Notes under the pieces: generated by a model
Seen by the model: the letters and a program-made list of their open reading frames with translations, nothing else
Databases searched by the model: none
Told to the model about the DNA's origin: nothing
NCBI GenBank assembly: GCA_002269645.1
Contig: NIVC01000023.1
Span: forward strand, 1,364,001 to 1,428,000
From: Macrostomum lignano
Taxonomy: Eukaryota
Length of the DNA stretch: 64,000 nt
Reading direction: 5' to 3'
Position numbers and translations under genes: made by a program
In this document: positions 48,250-60,769 of the stretch, piece after piece
Position numbering within the stretch: position 1 is the first letter of the stretch
Layout of the letters: each line of letters opens with the position of its first letter

Positions 48250-48660
48250 CTTGATTGTTTGACCATGGAAATTTCCGCGTTTGACCTTGGAATATTCCGA
48301 TTGTTTGACCTTGAAAAGTTCCGATTATTTGACCTTGTAAAATTCCGATTGTTTGACCTTGAAAAATTCCAATAGTTTGACCTTGAAAAGTTCCGATCAT
48401 TTGACCTTGTAAAATTTCGATTGTTTGACCTTGGAAAATTCCAACTGTTTGACCTTGGAAAATTTCGATTATTTGACCTTGAAAAAATTTAATTGTTTGA
48501 CCTTGAAAAATTCTAATTATTTGACCTTATAAAACTTCAGATTGTTTGACCTAAAAATTCTCTCTAATTATTTGACTTTGAAAAATTCAATTGTTTGACC
48601 CTAAAAGCTCCCAATTGTTTGACCTTGGAAAATTCAGATTGTTTGACTTTGAAAATGTCC
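48250..48660 (+). repeat. 24-bp intronic minisatellite (TTTGACCTTGGAAAATTCCGATTG)
   Basis: Period 24 (48304, 48328, 48352). Confidence 0.93.
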
Positions 48661-48744
48661 GATTGTCCTTGACAACATGTTAAAGCGAGACATAATAGCA
48701 TTTCTTTTTAAACTCTATATTCCACTTCCTGCGCGCATACTCAG

Positions 48745-48840
48745 ATGGCCATTTGTCCTCAGCGCTAATTTGCACGGCGGCGCCGTTGTTGCTAACTATC
48801 CGTTCGACGGCACCAAGGAGGGCGCTAGCGTCTACTCTAA
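48745..48840 (+). CDS. CPD: CPD exon 4 (third Zn ligand, SANLHGG)
   Basis: [22 protein letters not shown]; CTCAG acceptor, GTAAG donor. Missed by the ORF track. Confidence 0.95.
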
Positions 48841-48939
48841 GTAAGCTGCGATGCTTTGATTGTTATAAAACGAATGTAATCGGGCCGTAGTCGTATAAAA
48901 CCAGTAGAAAAATCTCTATGACCAATCTTGTAAAAGCGT

Positions 48940-49560
48940 TTTTGACCTAATCAGAAAATCCCTATGATCCAATCCCTAAATTCGAATGACACAAAAAATC
49001 TTCATATCGAATCCCACAATTCTGATGACCCAATCTTTAGATTCCTTATGACCCAATCCTTGAATTTTTATGACCTAATCCTTGGATTCCTTATGACCCA
49101 ATCCTTGAATTCTTGTGACACAATCCTTGTTTCCTTATGACACAATATTTGATTCTTTATGACCCAATCTTTGAATTCTTGTGACTCAATCCTTTGACTC
49201 CTAATTATGACCCAATCCTTGAATTTTTATGGCCCAATCCTTGGATTCCTTATGACACAATCCTTGAATTCTTATGACCCAATCCTTGTTTCCTTATGAC
49301 ACAATATTTGATTCTTTATGACCCAATCTTTGAATTCTTGTGACTCAATCCTTTGACTCCTAATTATGACCCAATCCTTGAACTTTTATGACCCAATCCT
49401 TGGATTCCTTATGACCCAATCCTTGATTCTTAATTATGACCCAATCCTTGATTCCTTATTATGACCCAATCCTTGATTCCTTATGACCCAATCCTTGGAT
49501 TTTTTTTAACCCGATCCTTGGATTCCTTATGACGCAATCCTTGAAAATCCTTATGATCAA
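48940..49560 (+). repeat. ~22-bp intronic minisatellite (TATGACCCAATCCTTGAATTCT)
   Basis: Visible degenerate tandem units. Confidence 0.9.
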
Positions 49561-49671
49561 GTTAAATTACATTTTTATAATTCTTATTAGCCATAATACC
49601 CAAACAGATCAATGCTAAATGGCATCGAATTTCATAATTGAGCGATCGCGTCGCAACACTGTGAATTCCAG

Positions 49672-50133
49672 AGCGCCAGACGATGCCACATTTCGCCAGC
49701 TGGCCAGAGCGTACTCCAGCAGTCACCCCCGTATGACCAGTCAGCACAGATGTCCAGCTTACCTCACAGAACGATTCACAGACGGCATCACTAACGGGGC
49801 CCAGTGGTACAGCCTGTACGGCGGCATGCAGGACTACAATTATCTGAATACAAACTGCTTTGAACTGACGCTGGAGCTCAGCTGTAATAAGCATCCCTAC
49901 GCTGCCGAACTGCCCAGGTATTGGTCTGAGAATTTCTACCCCCTGTTAGTGTTCATGTCCGCTGTGCACAAGGGCGTCCGCGGGTTCGTGCTGGACTTCG
50001 ATACTGGAGCACCTTTGTCTGCTGTTAGCGTCCTGGTTGACGGCATTGATCACGCTGTGCTGACTGCTCAGGATGGCGACTATTGGAGACTGTTGGCTCC
50101 TGGGTCGTACACGCTGCGGTTTGTTAAGCGCGG
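49672..50133 (+). CDS. CPD: CPD exon 5 (catalytic Glu region and transthyretin-like domain)
   Basis: APDDATFRQLARAYS...GITNGAQWYSLYGGMQDYNYLNTNCFELTLELSCNKHP...GVRGFVLD...DGDYWRLLAPGSY. Confidence 0.97.
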
Positions 50134-50159
50134 GTGAGTTTGTTGTGGCTTGGCCGGCT

Positions 50160-50720
50160 TCAACTGTACTTAGTTGCTGGGGCAGCCTCCCAGATCCCCA
50201 GTTGCTGGGCCAGTCTCCCAGAGTGTCAGTTGCTGGGTCAGCCTCCCAGATCCCCAGTTGCTGGGCCAGAGAAACCATAGTTTTTATTAATCGAACCCTG
50301 TAAAAACAGCCTCTCAGATCCTCAGTTGCTGGGCCAGTCTCCCAGATCCTCAGTATCTGGACCAGCCTCCCAGAGTGTCAGTTGCTGAGCCAGCCTCCCA
50401 GATCCTCAGTATCTGGGCCAGCCTCCCAGATCCTCAGTATCTGGGCCAGCCTCCCAGAGTGTCAGTATCTGAGCCAGCCTCCCAGATCCTCAGTATCTGG
50501 GCCAGTCTCCCAGTGTCAGTTGCTGGGACAGCCTCCCAGATCCCCAGTTGCTGGGCCAGCCTCCCAGATCCTCAGTATCCGGACCAGCCTCCCAGATCCT
50601 CAGTATCTGGTCCAGCCTCCCAGATCCCCAGTTGCTGAGCCAGCCTCCCAGATCCTCAGTTGTTGGGCCAGCCTCCCAGATCCTCAGTTGTTGGGCCAGC
50701 CTCCCAGATCCTCAGCTGCT
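50160..50720 (+). repeat. 28-bp minisatellite (same family as 20530-20995)
   Basis: Period 28 (50401, 50429). Confidence 0.93.
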
Positions 50721-50788
50721 AGGCAGATCCTTAGATAAAGTTTTCGGACACCAAACTAATCACCAGGACGTTAACCACCCGGCCGCAG

Positions 50789-51162
50789 GTACTCGAGCTA
50801 CTCAGCTACCGTGACCGTCACAGACGAGGCGGCAGTGCAGCTGAATGCGACTCTACGCATTCGCCCATTTGCCGATTGGTCAGCAGCTCAGGATTTCAAT
50901 TTGAAGGCCAATTTAGCTTCAGAATATTTGCCAACAATTGCCGATTATCGACAGCAGTCGAAAGATCTAGCTAGGCAGTATCCTGGCCTGGTGGCTGTGC
51001 GCAGTCTAGCAGATGGGGTGACCGCTCTAACTCTGTGCGGACGAATCGATGACGATGATGCTAAAAATAGCCTACCAGGCGCTCTGCTTGTTGGCACGCT
51101 GAACAAATTTGAGAGCGCAACTGGCGAAGTTTTGTTACGATTGGCTAGGCATTTGGCTGCAG
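50789..51162 (+). CDS. CPD: CPD exon 6 (start of a catalytically degenerate CP domain)
   Basis: GYSSYSATVTV...LARQYPGLVAVRSL...GALLVGTLNKFESATGEVLLRLARHL (HGNE replaced). Phases 2/1 are consistent. Confidence 0.88.
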
Positions 51163-51289
51163 GTGCGTACGCTTGTTTACGGTGGAGGTCAATTGATTTG
51201 GACCCGACCCCCCCCCTAAGATTCAATTATGTTAGTCTTTGAGAATAAAATAATAAAAGGTCGCTTGACCCTAATACATGTAGCGTTGA

Positions 51290-51918
51290 TTGTTGGATAG
51301 ACAGCTAGATTTGTAGCTTCTCTATTAGCTGCTCTAAATGTGGTCATTTGACCCCTCCCTGAAATAACGGAGACTAGTGGGTACTGAAGATACATTAGTC
51401 GCTTCTTTACTAACTGCTCTAGGGAGGTCATTTGACCCCCCTCCCTGAAATAACGGAGACTAGTGGGTAGTGAAGATACATTAGTTGCTTCTTTATTAAC
51501 TGCTCTAGGGAGGTCATTTGACCCCCCTCCCTGAAATAACGGTGACTATTGGATAGTTAAGAGACATAGATTAGTAGCTTTATTATTAACTGCTCTAGGG
51601 AGGTCATTTGACCACCCCCCTGAAATAACGGAAACTAGTGGGTAGTGAAGATACATTAGTTGCTTCTTTATTAACTGCTCTAGGGAGGTCATTTGACCAC
51701 CCCCCTGAAATAACGGAAACTAGTGGGTAGTGAAGATACATTAGTTGCTTCTTTATTAACTGCTCTAGGGAGGTCATTTGACCACCCCATGAAATAACGG
51801 ACACTAGTGGGTAGTGAAGATACATTAGTAGCTTTATTATTAACTGCTCTAGGGAGGTCATTTGACCCCCCTCCCTAAAATAACGGAGACTATTGGATAG
51901 TTAAGAGACATAGATTAG
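51290..51918 (+). repeat. ~86-bp intronic tandem repeat (resumes 53266-53310 after the transposon)
   Basis: AGGGAGGTCATTTGACC recurs at ~86-bp period. Confidence 0.9.
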
Positions 51919-53265
51919 CCCGTTGGAAAAGTTATGCACCTGCAGAGGCATAAAAGGTGAACGAGGTGCACAAAAGAGGCACTTTGGTGGCCTATTTCGT
52001 GTGTGTTTTGGAAATGCACCTGAGTGCACCTTTTATGCCTAAATGTCACCAATATTTTTGAAAAGAGGCATGAAAGGTGTAAAATCGGTGAAGTGGTCAG
52101 GCAGTAGGTGAATTCTCAATTTTGATTGGTTGCGGCGGTAGGGGCAGTAAAGGTGTATAAGGGGCACTGGAGGTGCGCAAAAGGTGAAGAGTAGGCTCAC
52201 AAGTGAGGCACATCAGGTGCACGAGAGGTGCTGAAGGGGCGCAGAAAGCGCATGAAAGGTGAACTAGAGGTGCATTTAAGGTGCATTTCAGGCACGAAAG
52301 GTGAATTAGAGGTGCATAAGGTGTACATTTGCGGCGTAAATATGTATACAGGTGCATTTCCAAAACACGCTCGAAATAGACCCCTAAAGTGCCTCTTCTG
52401 TGCACCTCGCTCACCTTTCATGCCTATGCACGAATTAACGCATTAAGGATTCGTAACAAAAAATTAACTGAGAGTTACATACTCGTACATTGCACGCACA
52501 GATTGAACAAAGAAAAGCTTGATTTACACCTATACTAATCGCTGTTATCCCCTTCCTGATCCTGACAAACCACGAAACTAAACATTTCCTATACTGATAA
52601 GTCTTAATGACTTTCAAATACTCAGTAAAAGTTCCGAAAAGTGATGAAAAGGTTTGCATTAGTGAGGAAAAGTTTCCAATAATGAAAAAAGATAGCAAAG
52701 AACTTCGCCAGTTGAAACTTTAACGCCCCTTGCATTGCCTCTACGCCTAAAGTGCCCACTGTGCACCTTTTATTCACCTTTCGTGCCTCCAGTGCACACT
52801 GTACACCTTTTCTGCACCTCCACCGCAGCACACCTTTTTTCACCTTTCACTCCCCCAATGCCCCCAATTCCTATTTTATTCACCTTTTGTGCCTCAACGC
52901 ACAACTGTGCACCTTTTATTCACCTTTCGTGCCTCCAGTGCACACTGTACACCTTTTCTGCACCTCCACAGCAGCGCACCTTTTATTCACCTTTCGCTCC
53001 ACCAATGCCCCCAATTCCTACTTTGTTCACCTTTTGTGCCTCAACGCACAACTGTGCACCTTTTATGCACCTAACTCCCCTACGACACCTGTGCCCCTAC
53101 CGCCTATTTCGTGCCTTAAATTCACCTTCCGCCCCTGCAGAGGCACTCAGGTGAACAAAAGGTGCACCAGTGGCACAAAAAAGGCATAAGAGAGGCAAAA
53201 GTGAGGCAGAAGGTGCAAAACTCTTCACCTTTCATGCCTACTTTAAAAACTCAAAATCCAACGGG
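51919..53265. mobile_element. 1347-bp non-autonomous CMC/EnSpm(CACTA)-like DNA transposon
   Basis: TIR CCCGTTGGA / TCCAACGGG and 3-bp TSD TAG, confirmed against the uninterrupted repeat unit (GATTAG-TAGCTTT at ~51560). Many inverted subterminal GAGGTGCA/TGCACCTT repeats. Superfamily assignment is inferred from CCC termini plus the 3-bp TSD. Confidence 0.8.
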
Positions 53266-53434
53266 TAGTAGCTTTATTATTAACTGCTCTAGGGAGGTCA
53301 TTTGACCCTTCTGAACTAGCGGTTATCATCTGTGAATATAGGATAGTGACGACAAAAATATTTGAGTTTAGGATTGCACCAGAGAGGTCACTTGACCCCC
53401 CCTAAACCGCCGTCGATCTTCCTTCCCACCTCAG

Positions 53435-53907
53435 GCTACAACCAATCAGACGAGCTGCGCAGCCTACTAAACAATTTAAGAATAACAATTGTCCCGGTGC
53501 TATTCAGTAGCAGTAATAATTCTACTAAACTGTCAATCAACAATGCATCATCAGCTGATTGCTCCAATACTGAGTTGTTGAGCTCCGCTACAGCTGTGGA
53601 ATCGCTAATGTCTGTCATGCAAAACTCTACTGGACAATTGACTTCGCCAGTACTATTTATGGCGCTTCGGACTGGGTTCACTAACGATTCGAGTATTGCA
53701 AGATTGGCATCGACTGATCTATCGCAGAATTTGAGCACTGTTGTTAGATTGGTTAAATCTTTGGCTAAGCACTTCATCTCCAGCAAGCTGGTTGATGGAG
53801 CTTTGGTTAGACCGATTGCCAACTCTGCGGTCACGGTTGGAGGCGGTGGCGACTCTAAAGAGCTGCAGTTGTTGAACTACTTTCAGTATAGTCTTGGAGC
53901 TGCGTCT
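53435..53907 (+). CDS. CPD: CPD exon 7 (degenerate CP domain)
   Basis: GYNQSDELRSLLNNLRITIVPVL...; CCTCAG acceptor, GTGAG donor, phases 1/0. Confidence 0.85.
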
Positions 53908-53934
53908 GTGAGCTCTACACTTCACTGTTAGCCC

Positions 53935-54830
53935 TCAATAGAATCCCCAGATCCCAGATCGTCAAGAGAATCCTCAGATCCCAAATCCTCAATAGAATCC
54001 CCAGATCCCAGATCGTCAATAGAATCCCCAGATCACAGATCGTCAATAGAATCCCCAGATCCCAAATCCTCAATAGAATCCCCAGATCCCAAATCCTCAA
54101 TAGAATCCCCAGATCCTCAATAGAATCCCCAGATCTTAATAGAATCCCCTAATTCTCAATAAAATCCCCAGATCCTCAATAGAATCCCCAGATCCCAAAT
54201 CCTCAATAGAATCCCCAGATCCTCAATAGAATCCCCAGATCTTAATAGAATCCCCTAATTCTCAATAAAATCCCCAGATACTCAATAGAATCCCCAGATC
54301 CCAAATCCTCAATAGAATCCCCAGATCCCAAATCCTCAATAGAATCCCCAGATCCCAAATCCTCAATAGAATCCCCAGATCCTCAATAGAATCCCCAGAT
54401 CTTAATAGAATTCCCTAATTCTCAATAAAATCCCCAGATCCTCAATAGAATCCCCAGATCCCAGATCCTCAATAGAATCCCCAGATCCCAGATCCTCAAT
54501 AGAATCCCCAGATCCCAGATCCTCAATAGAATCCCCAGATCCTCAATAGAATCCCCAGATCCTCAATAAAATCCCCAGATCCTCAATAGAATCCCCAGAT
54601 CTTAATAGAATCCCCTAATTCTCAATAAAATCCCCAGATCCTCAATAGAATCCCCAGATCCTCAATAGAATCCCCAGATCCTCAATAAAATCCCCAGATC
54701 CTCAATAAAATCCCCAGATCCTCAATAGAATCCCCAGATCCTCAATATAATTCTGTGATCCCAGATCCTCAATATAATTCTGTGATCCCAGATCCTCAAT
54801 ATAATTCTGTGATCCCAGATCCTCAATGCA
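53935..54830 (+). repeat. 20/27-bp intronic minisatellite (ATCCCCAGATCCTCAATAGA)
   Basis: Visible tandem units sharing CCCAGATCCTCA with the 28-bp family. Confidence 0.93.
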
Positions 54831-54883
54831 GTCTTCAGTATAATTATATTTATTAATTGAATTGCACAATAATTTTTTCTCAG

Positions 54884-54998
54884 ATGTCGCTCCGACTAAA
54901 CAGCTGTTCTACACCGGCTGGTGGCAGTCTGCCCGGCCTGTACAGAGACAATCAGCTGGCACTGTTAAATGTTCTGACCAACTTCTACAAGCGATACG
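54884..54998 (+). CDS. CPD: CPD exon 8
   Basis: TTTTTTCTCAG acceptor; LNSCSTP...LYRDNQLALLNVL aligns to the ELSC.KYP...W..N+.AL+ end of a CP domain; phases 0/1. Confidence 0.8.
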
Positions 54999-55074
54999 GT
55001 AATCCACTGACCCTTAATGAATACAATAATAAGTCTAGCATACTACTTAATATAAATAGTGCATCGAATTACTC

Positions 55075-55430
55075 AGTTGCTCGGCCAGCCTCCCAGATCC
55101 TCAGTTGCTGTGTCAACCTCCCAGATCCTCAGTTGCTGTGTCAACCTCCCAGATCCTCAGTTGCTGTGTCAACCTCCCAGATCCTCAGTTGCTGTGTCAA
55201 CCTCCCAGATCCTCAGTTGCTGGGCCAGCCTCCCAGATCCTCAGTATCTGGGCCAGCCTCCCAGATCCTCAGTTGCTGGGCCAGCCTCCCAGATCCTCAG
55301 TTGCTGGGTCAGCCTCCCAGATCCTCAGTTGTTGGGCCAGCCTCCCAGAGTGTCAGTTGCTGGGCAGCCCCCCAGAGTGTCAGTTGCTGGGCCAGCCTCC
55401 TCGAGTGTCAATTGTTGGGCCAGCCTCCCC
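55075..55430 (+). repeat. 28-bp minisatellite (third occurrence)
   Basis: CCTCCCAGATCCTCAGTTGCTG units. Confidence 0.93.
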
Positions 55431-55582
55431 AGTTACATTATCTTGACAACTTGTATCAGAGTTTGAGTCCATGCCTGGAAAGCTAAAATTGCTACACTTT
55501 TTGAACTCGTAAACGAAATTGATTGTTTCCTTAGTCTCTGATATTAATCCTGTTTTCCAACCAATCCCCCCCTTCCCCCCAG

Positions 55583-56033
55583 TGGCATGCGGTCGAATTC
55601 TCGACGCGAAAACTGGCTCTCCAATTCCTCTGGCAGCAACAGCAGCGTCATCAGCCAGTAGCAACTCTGTCACCCTGTGGCTCGGTGTCGACCAGACACC
55701 ATCCAACAAGCTGGTGTATTCATCAGCCTCTGCCAGTCTGGCAGCTGCTGGTAGATTCTGCGTATTAGCCAATCGTAGCTCCCACTCTGTCCTCACAGCC
55801 TGCTCTAAAGGCTACGCTTGTAATTCTTTGTCGGCCTATTCTCGAGAGTCGGTTCCGGCGTCAATATTGGAGTTTCGACTGCAACAAGGCGGACTGTCGA
55901 CTTCCATGGACGGAGCGACTGAGGCGTTGCTGAATGACCTGCTGGCTCAATCTGGTAGTCGATCTGAGACGATGGCAAAATTGCAAAATCTATTTGGAAC
56001 TGGGCACTGTTCGATGCGAGTTCATTTTGATGT
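55583..56033 (+). CDS. CPD: CPD exon 9 (transthyretin-like domain and linker)
   Basis: VACGRILDAKTGSPIP...GRFCVLA...CSKGY; phases 1/2. Confidence 0.8.
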
Positions 56034-56089
56034 GTGAGTTGTGTGTTCTCTTCACTAAATCCTAGTTGACCCCAAAATATACCAGCTAC

Positions 56090-56640
56090 CCCTTCCTAAT
56101 TCACCCCCTCTAATCGATCCCTCCCTAGTAGACCTCCCTCTTTAATTGACCCCTCCCTCTCTAATTGATCCCTCCCTCTCTAATTGACCCCTCCCTCTCT
56201 AATTGACCCCTCCCTCTCTAATTGACCCCTCCCTCTCTAATTGACCCCTCCCTCTCTAATTGATCCCTCCCTCTCTAATTGACCCCTCCCTCTCTAATTG
56301 ATCCCTCCCTCTCTAATTGACCCCTTCCTTTCTACCTAATTTACCCCTCCCCAATCGAGACCCCTCTAATTGGCCCTCTCCTTAATTGACCCCTAATTGA
56401 CCCCTCACTAATTGACCTTTTTCCCTAATTGACCCCCTCTAATTGACACCCTCTTATTGCCCACCTCCCTTATCGAACTCTCCCTAGTTTACCTTTTATC
56501 ATCCCTTATTGACCCCCAATTGATCTACACTTTCTATGAAGTAATTGACCCCTCTAGTTAACCGTCCCTAATTGACTTCCCTAACTGACCCCCTCTCTAA
56601 TTGACCCCTTCCCTAATTGACCTCCATAATTGACCCCTGC
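56090..56640 (+). repeat. 19-bp intronic minisatellite (CTCTCTAATTGACCCCTCC)
   Basis: Period 19 (56161, 56180, 56199). Confidence 0.92.
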
Positions 56641-56899
56641 CCATTTAATAGCCGCAGTAAATCGAAGCGCAATAAGTCATTGATCATGTCACTAATCTGT
56701 CATGCTCGAAGCTGCTGCAAAAGCTAAACAAGCGCATCAGCTCCAGAAGCTGTGTTTTTTCTCGTGCTTGCAGCAGTCATAACATGACGAAATTATTTAC
56801 GACTCTTTGTTCCTCTTTGTTTACTCAATTGCACTGATCGCAGTGTGCAGTTCAGCTGGGACAAATGCGTACAGCCTTTAAAAGTTCCCTTTAGAAAAC

Positions 56900-57430
56900 C
56901 TGAACCCTACCTGATGAATCACACCTGAAACCTACCTGAAGAATCACACCTGAAACCTACCTGAAGGATCGCCCTTGAACCCTACCTAATGAATCACACC
57001 TGAAACCTACCTGAAGAATCACACCTGAAACCTACCTGAAGAATCACACCTGAAACCTACCTGAAGAATCACACCTGAAACCTACCTGAAGAATCACACC
57101 TGAAACCTACCTGAAGAATCGCCCCTGAACCCTACCTGAAGAATCGCCCCTGAATCCTACCTGAAGAATCGCCCCTGAACCCTACCTGAAGAATCGCCCC
57201 TGAACCCTACCTGAAGAATCACACCTTGAACCCTACCTGAAGAATCGCCCTTGAACCCTACCTGAAGAATCGCCCCTGAACCCTACCTGAAGAATCGCGC
57301 CTGAACCCTACCTGAAGAATCGCCCCTGAACCCTACCTGAAGAATCGCCCCTGAACCCTACCTGAAGAATCACACCTTGAACCCTACCTGAAGAATCGCC
57401 CCTGAACCCTACCTGAAGAATCGCCCCTGA
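56900..57430 (+). repeat. 25-bp intronic minisatellite (CCTACCTGAAGAATCGCCCCTGAAC)
   Basis: Period 25 (57121, 57146, 57171). Confidence 0.93.
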
Positions 57431-57458
57431 ACCAAGTCATGCATCCCACTCTTGCCAG

Positions 57459-58140
57459 CTTCCCAGATCAGTCCCAGTTCCGTTTGGACTTCTTCAACTC
57501 GAACAGCAGCAGCGGTATAGCAGCAGCAGAAGCAGACTCTGCAGCCAGTAGGCCCCGAGCTACCCTGGCAACCCAGTCGCACCCTCGCCTTCTGCTAGGC
57601 CTCGCAGTGCAGCTGTGTCGCCAAGCCGATAGTGGCCGAGATTTTCGTCTGAACGAATTGGCCGCGGGTTTGGATCGGCTGCGTTTGATTGTTACTAAAT
57701 CCGCACCAGCTTGCAGCGATACTACTAATAGTACTAATAAGAATTCCAATCCCGAGTCGATGCAAATATTCCAAGCTGCCGATTATAACAATGCCAAGGA
57801 TGATGTTAGAATTTCTGTGATTATGGCCGGTCCCGATGCTTCTAACGCTGTTGCTATGGCGGAGTCAGTCAATACTAGACTGCCCGTATCTGCCAGACGG
57901 TATACTATTGATCGGTGTCATCGATTGTCCAGCTCAAGTCCGCCTCCATTGGCGCCTGGCGCTGCTTGTACTACAGAATCGGCGCCAATTCTGCGCTGCT
58001 TAGGCGTGAGATTAAGTCAGACTGGATTAGATTTACAATTGGCCGCTGCGGCGCCCAACTGTTGCAAATCTGCGGACTCTTCGTCTATGATTGCGTGGGC
58101 GGCTAATTCCGACGCGTTGTTGCACTCTCTGTCTGCCGCT
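57459..58140 (+). CDS. CPD: CPD exon 10 (further highly degenerate CP-like domain)
   Basis: Open 682-nt exon with phases 2/0 fitting its neighbours. LLLGLAVQLCRQ...LDRLRLIV echoes the LL.L...LC....+.+..RI+ helix of CP domains. GTAAGT donor. Confidence 0.75.
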
Positions 58141-58249
58141 GTAAGTAGTATGATTCGCGTATGCGTGTTGGGGTGGTAGTAGTCTCCTGGAGTAGTTGAG
58201 TTCAGTTAAATTATTCCTTTATTTGCGGTCTCATTTTCCGTGTAATAAT

Positions 58250-58670
58250 CTCTTAATTAGTGATTCTATTATTCACGTGTTAATCCCTTAATTAGTGATC
58301 CAATTATTCAGGTGTTAATCCCTTAATTAGTGATCCTATTATTCAGGTGTTAATCCCTTAATTAGTGATCCAATCATTCAGGTGTTAATCCCTTAATTAG
58401 TGATCCTATTATTCAGGTGTTAATCCCTTAATTAGTGATCCTATAATTCAGGTTTTAATCTCTTAACTAGTGATCCTATTATTTAGGTGTTAATTCCTTA
58501 ATTAGTGATCCTATTGTCTAGGTAACAATCTCTTAATTAGTGATCTTATTTAGGTTTTGATCCCTTAATTAGCGATCCCATTGTCCAGATATTAACTCCC
58601 ATGATTAACGATCCAATCATTCAGGTGTTAATCCTTTAATCAGCGATTCCCATCAGGTATTAATCCCTTA
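58250..58670 (+). repeat. 35-bp intronic minisatellite (CTTAATTAGTGATCCTATTATTCAGGTGTTAATCC)
   Basis: Period 35 (58321, 58356). Confidence 0.92.
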
Positions 58671-58864
58671 ATTTGGCATCACAGTGTCCAGTACTTGTGA
58701 GTAACATTCTACTAAAAAGTGCTTATTTTTACTTTTTCTGTCTTTGAAAATATCCGGGATTATTCTTTGCTCGCTTCTTTATAAGTAGTGTGGCAAAAAC
58801 CCTAACAAGTACGAGCGTATTTTATGTTTTTTTCCATCAACATGAAAATAAACAAACTTTTCAG

Positions 58865-59186
58865 CTACTTATTGGCATCCGAGGTCGGCTGACTGATTCG
58901 AGAGATGGCAAGCCGATTGTTGCAGCCAGCGTGAGCATCGATGGGGTGCCATACAGTCGGCTGACTAATCCGAATGGCGAATTCTATTTTCTATTGTCTC
59001 CCGGTGTCTATTCCCTCCGATTGGCAGCTGCTGGCTACGTTAATCATACTGATATCTATCGTGTTAGCCAAGCTGCTCTGGCTATTGCTAGCTTGGATTT
59101 GGCTCAGTTCTATTTGCATCCCAGTGGCACTGATCACTCGGTTAATAGGGATATTGCTGCCACTGCTGCGGTTGTCACGCTTGTTG
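58865..59186 (+). CDS. CPD: CPD exon 11 (last transthyretin-like/CarboxypepD_reg domain)
   Basis: IGIRGRLTDSRDGKPIVAASVSIDG...TNPNGEFYFLLSPGVYSLRLAAAGY; phases 0/1. Confidence 0.92.
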
Positions 59187-59204
59187 GTAAGTGACGCTAA
59201 TTCG

Positions 59205-59855
59205 GCACTGACATTAAGGCGCTAGTTGGGCACCGAAAGTGGGGCTGAATGGGCACTGAAATTGAGGCTGATTGGGCACTGAAATTGAGGCTGATTGGGC
59301 ACTGAAAGTGAGACTGATTTTTGGCACTGAAAGTGAGACTGATTGGGCACTGAAAGTGAGGCTGATTGGGCACTGAAATTGAGGCTGATTGGGCACTGAA
59401 AGTGAGACTGATTTTTGGCACTGAAAGTGAGACTGATTGGGCACTGAAAGTGAGGCTGAATGGGCACTGAAAGTGAGGCTGAATGGGCACTGAAATTGGG
59501 GCTAAATGGGCGCTGAAATTGAGGCTGATAGGACACTGAAATTGAGGCTGATTGGGCACTGAAAGTGAGGCTGATTGGGCACTGAAAGTGAGGCTGATTG
59601 GTCACTGAAAGTGAGGCTGATTGGGCACTGAAAGTGAGGCTGATTGGGCACTGAAAGTGAGGCTGATTGGGCACTGAAAGTGAGGCTGATTGGGCACTGA
59701 AAGTGAGGCTGATTGGGCACTGAAAGTGAGGCTGATTGGGCACTGAAAGTGAGGCTGATTGGGCACTGAAAGTGAGGCTGATTGGGCACTGAAAGTGAGG
59801 CTGATTGGGCACTGAAAGTGAGGCTGATTGGGCACTGAAAGTGAGGCTGATTGGG
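59205..59855 (+). repeat. 23-bp intronic minisatellite (GGCACTGAAAGTGAGGCTGATTG)
   Basis: Period 23 (59641, 59664, 59687). Confidence 0.95.
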
Positions 59856-59902
59856 TCTCAATCAATGCCTAATGCTTGTCCATAACACTCGCAATTGGAC
59901 AG

Positions 59903-60165
59903 TGCTGGCACTGGTGTGCATCCTGGCTGCTCTGGCCGCGCTTCTTCTTCGCAGCCGTTGCCTCTTTTGCGATGAACGCGGCCTGCCAGCTCTGCCAGTG
60001 ATTGTCGGCGGCTCGGGATCTTCAGCAACGGCGGCGGCGACGGCATCTGCGGCATCGTCGTCCAGCTCGGCATTCAGTCATCGCGGTGTGCAGTACAGCA
60101 AAGTGCCATCGAACGATCCAGAAGAAGTCTATTTGAATGGCATTGATGTTGACTCGGCTATCTAG
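59903..60165 (+). CDS. CPD: CPD exon 12 (TM helix end and cytosolic tail)
   Basis: VLALVCILAALAALLL TM followed by basic residues, YSKV (YxxPhi) and acidic DPEEVYLNGIDVDSAI; stop TAG at 60163-60165. Confidence 0.85.
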
Positions 60166-60769
60166 TGTTGATTCTCTGGCAGTGACTTTGTTATTGTTGT
60201 TGTTGTCAGTGACAATTTGACCTTTATTGACATTTTGACAGCTTAGCATTACAAAATATTTTTTGTCGCTGACGATATATTAGGAAGGGGATTGGGGAAG
60301 GATCTCATTGGGAAATAGATTTATTATAACTGTAGTGTAAAGCTAACTTACGGGTAAACTAATATAGCTTAATATTTATGATATTTTATGCTTTCTGTCC
60401 AAAAACAATTTAAAAAGTGCAATTTAAAAAAAACTGCATTTTAGTTGGTGAAAAAAATTATGATAGCTCGTACATTTGTCTATAATTAAATGGCTTTCCA
60501 ACTTCTTCACTTCTGTTTTTTCCTCCAGTGGATTTCATGTTAGTAGTGTAATGTGTATAATTATTAATCTCTATCATATGTTTTCGCTACTATTCTAGCG
60601 AATATCATTATATTATTTTTTTCATACATAGCCTATCGAGGTTTACAATTATCGTTTTATTCATTATTGTTTTGATTTTTTTAGTTTTTTTCTCTGATTA
60701 GATTCGGAAAATAGGAAAGCGCACAAGCGCCCAACAATTCCTATTCCCAAAAGTACATTCAAGCTCATC

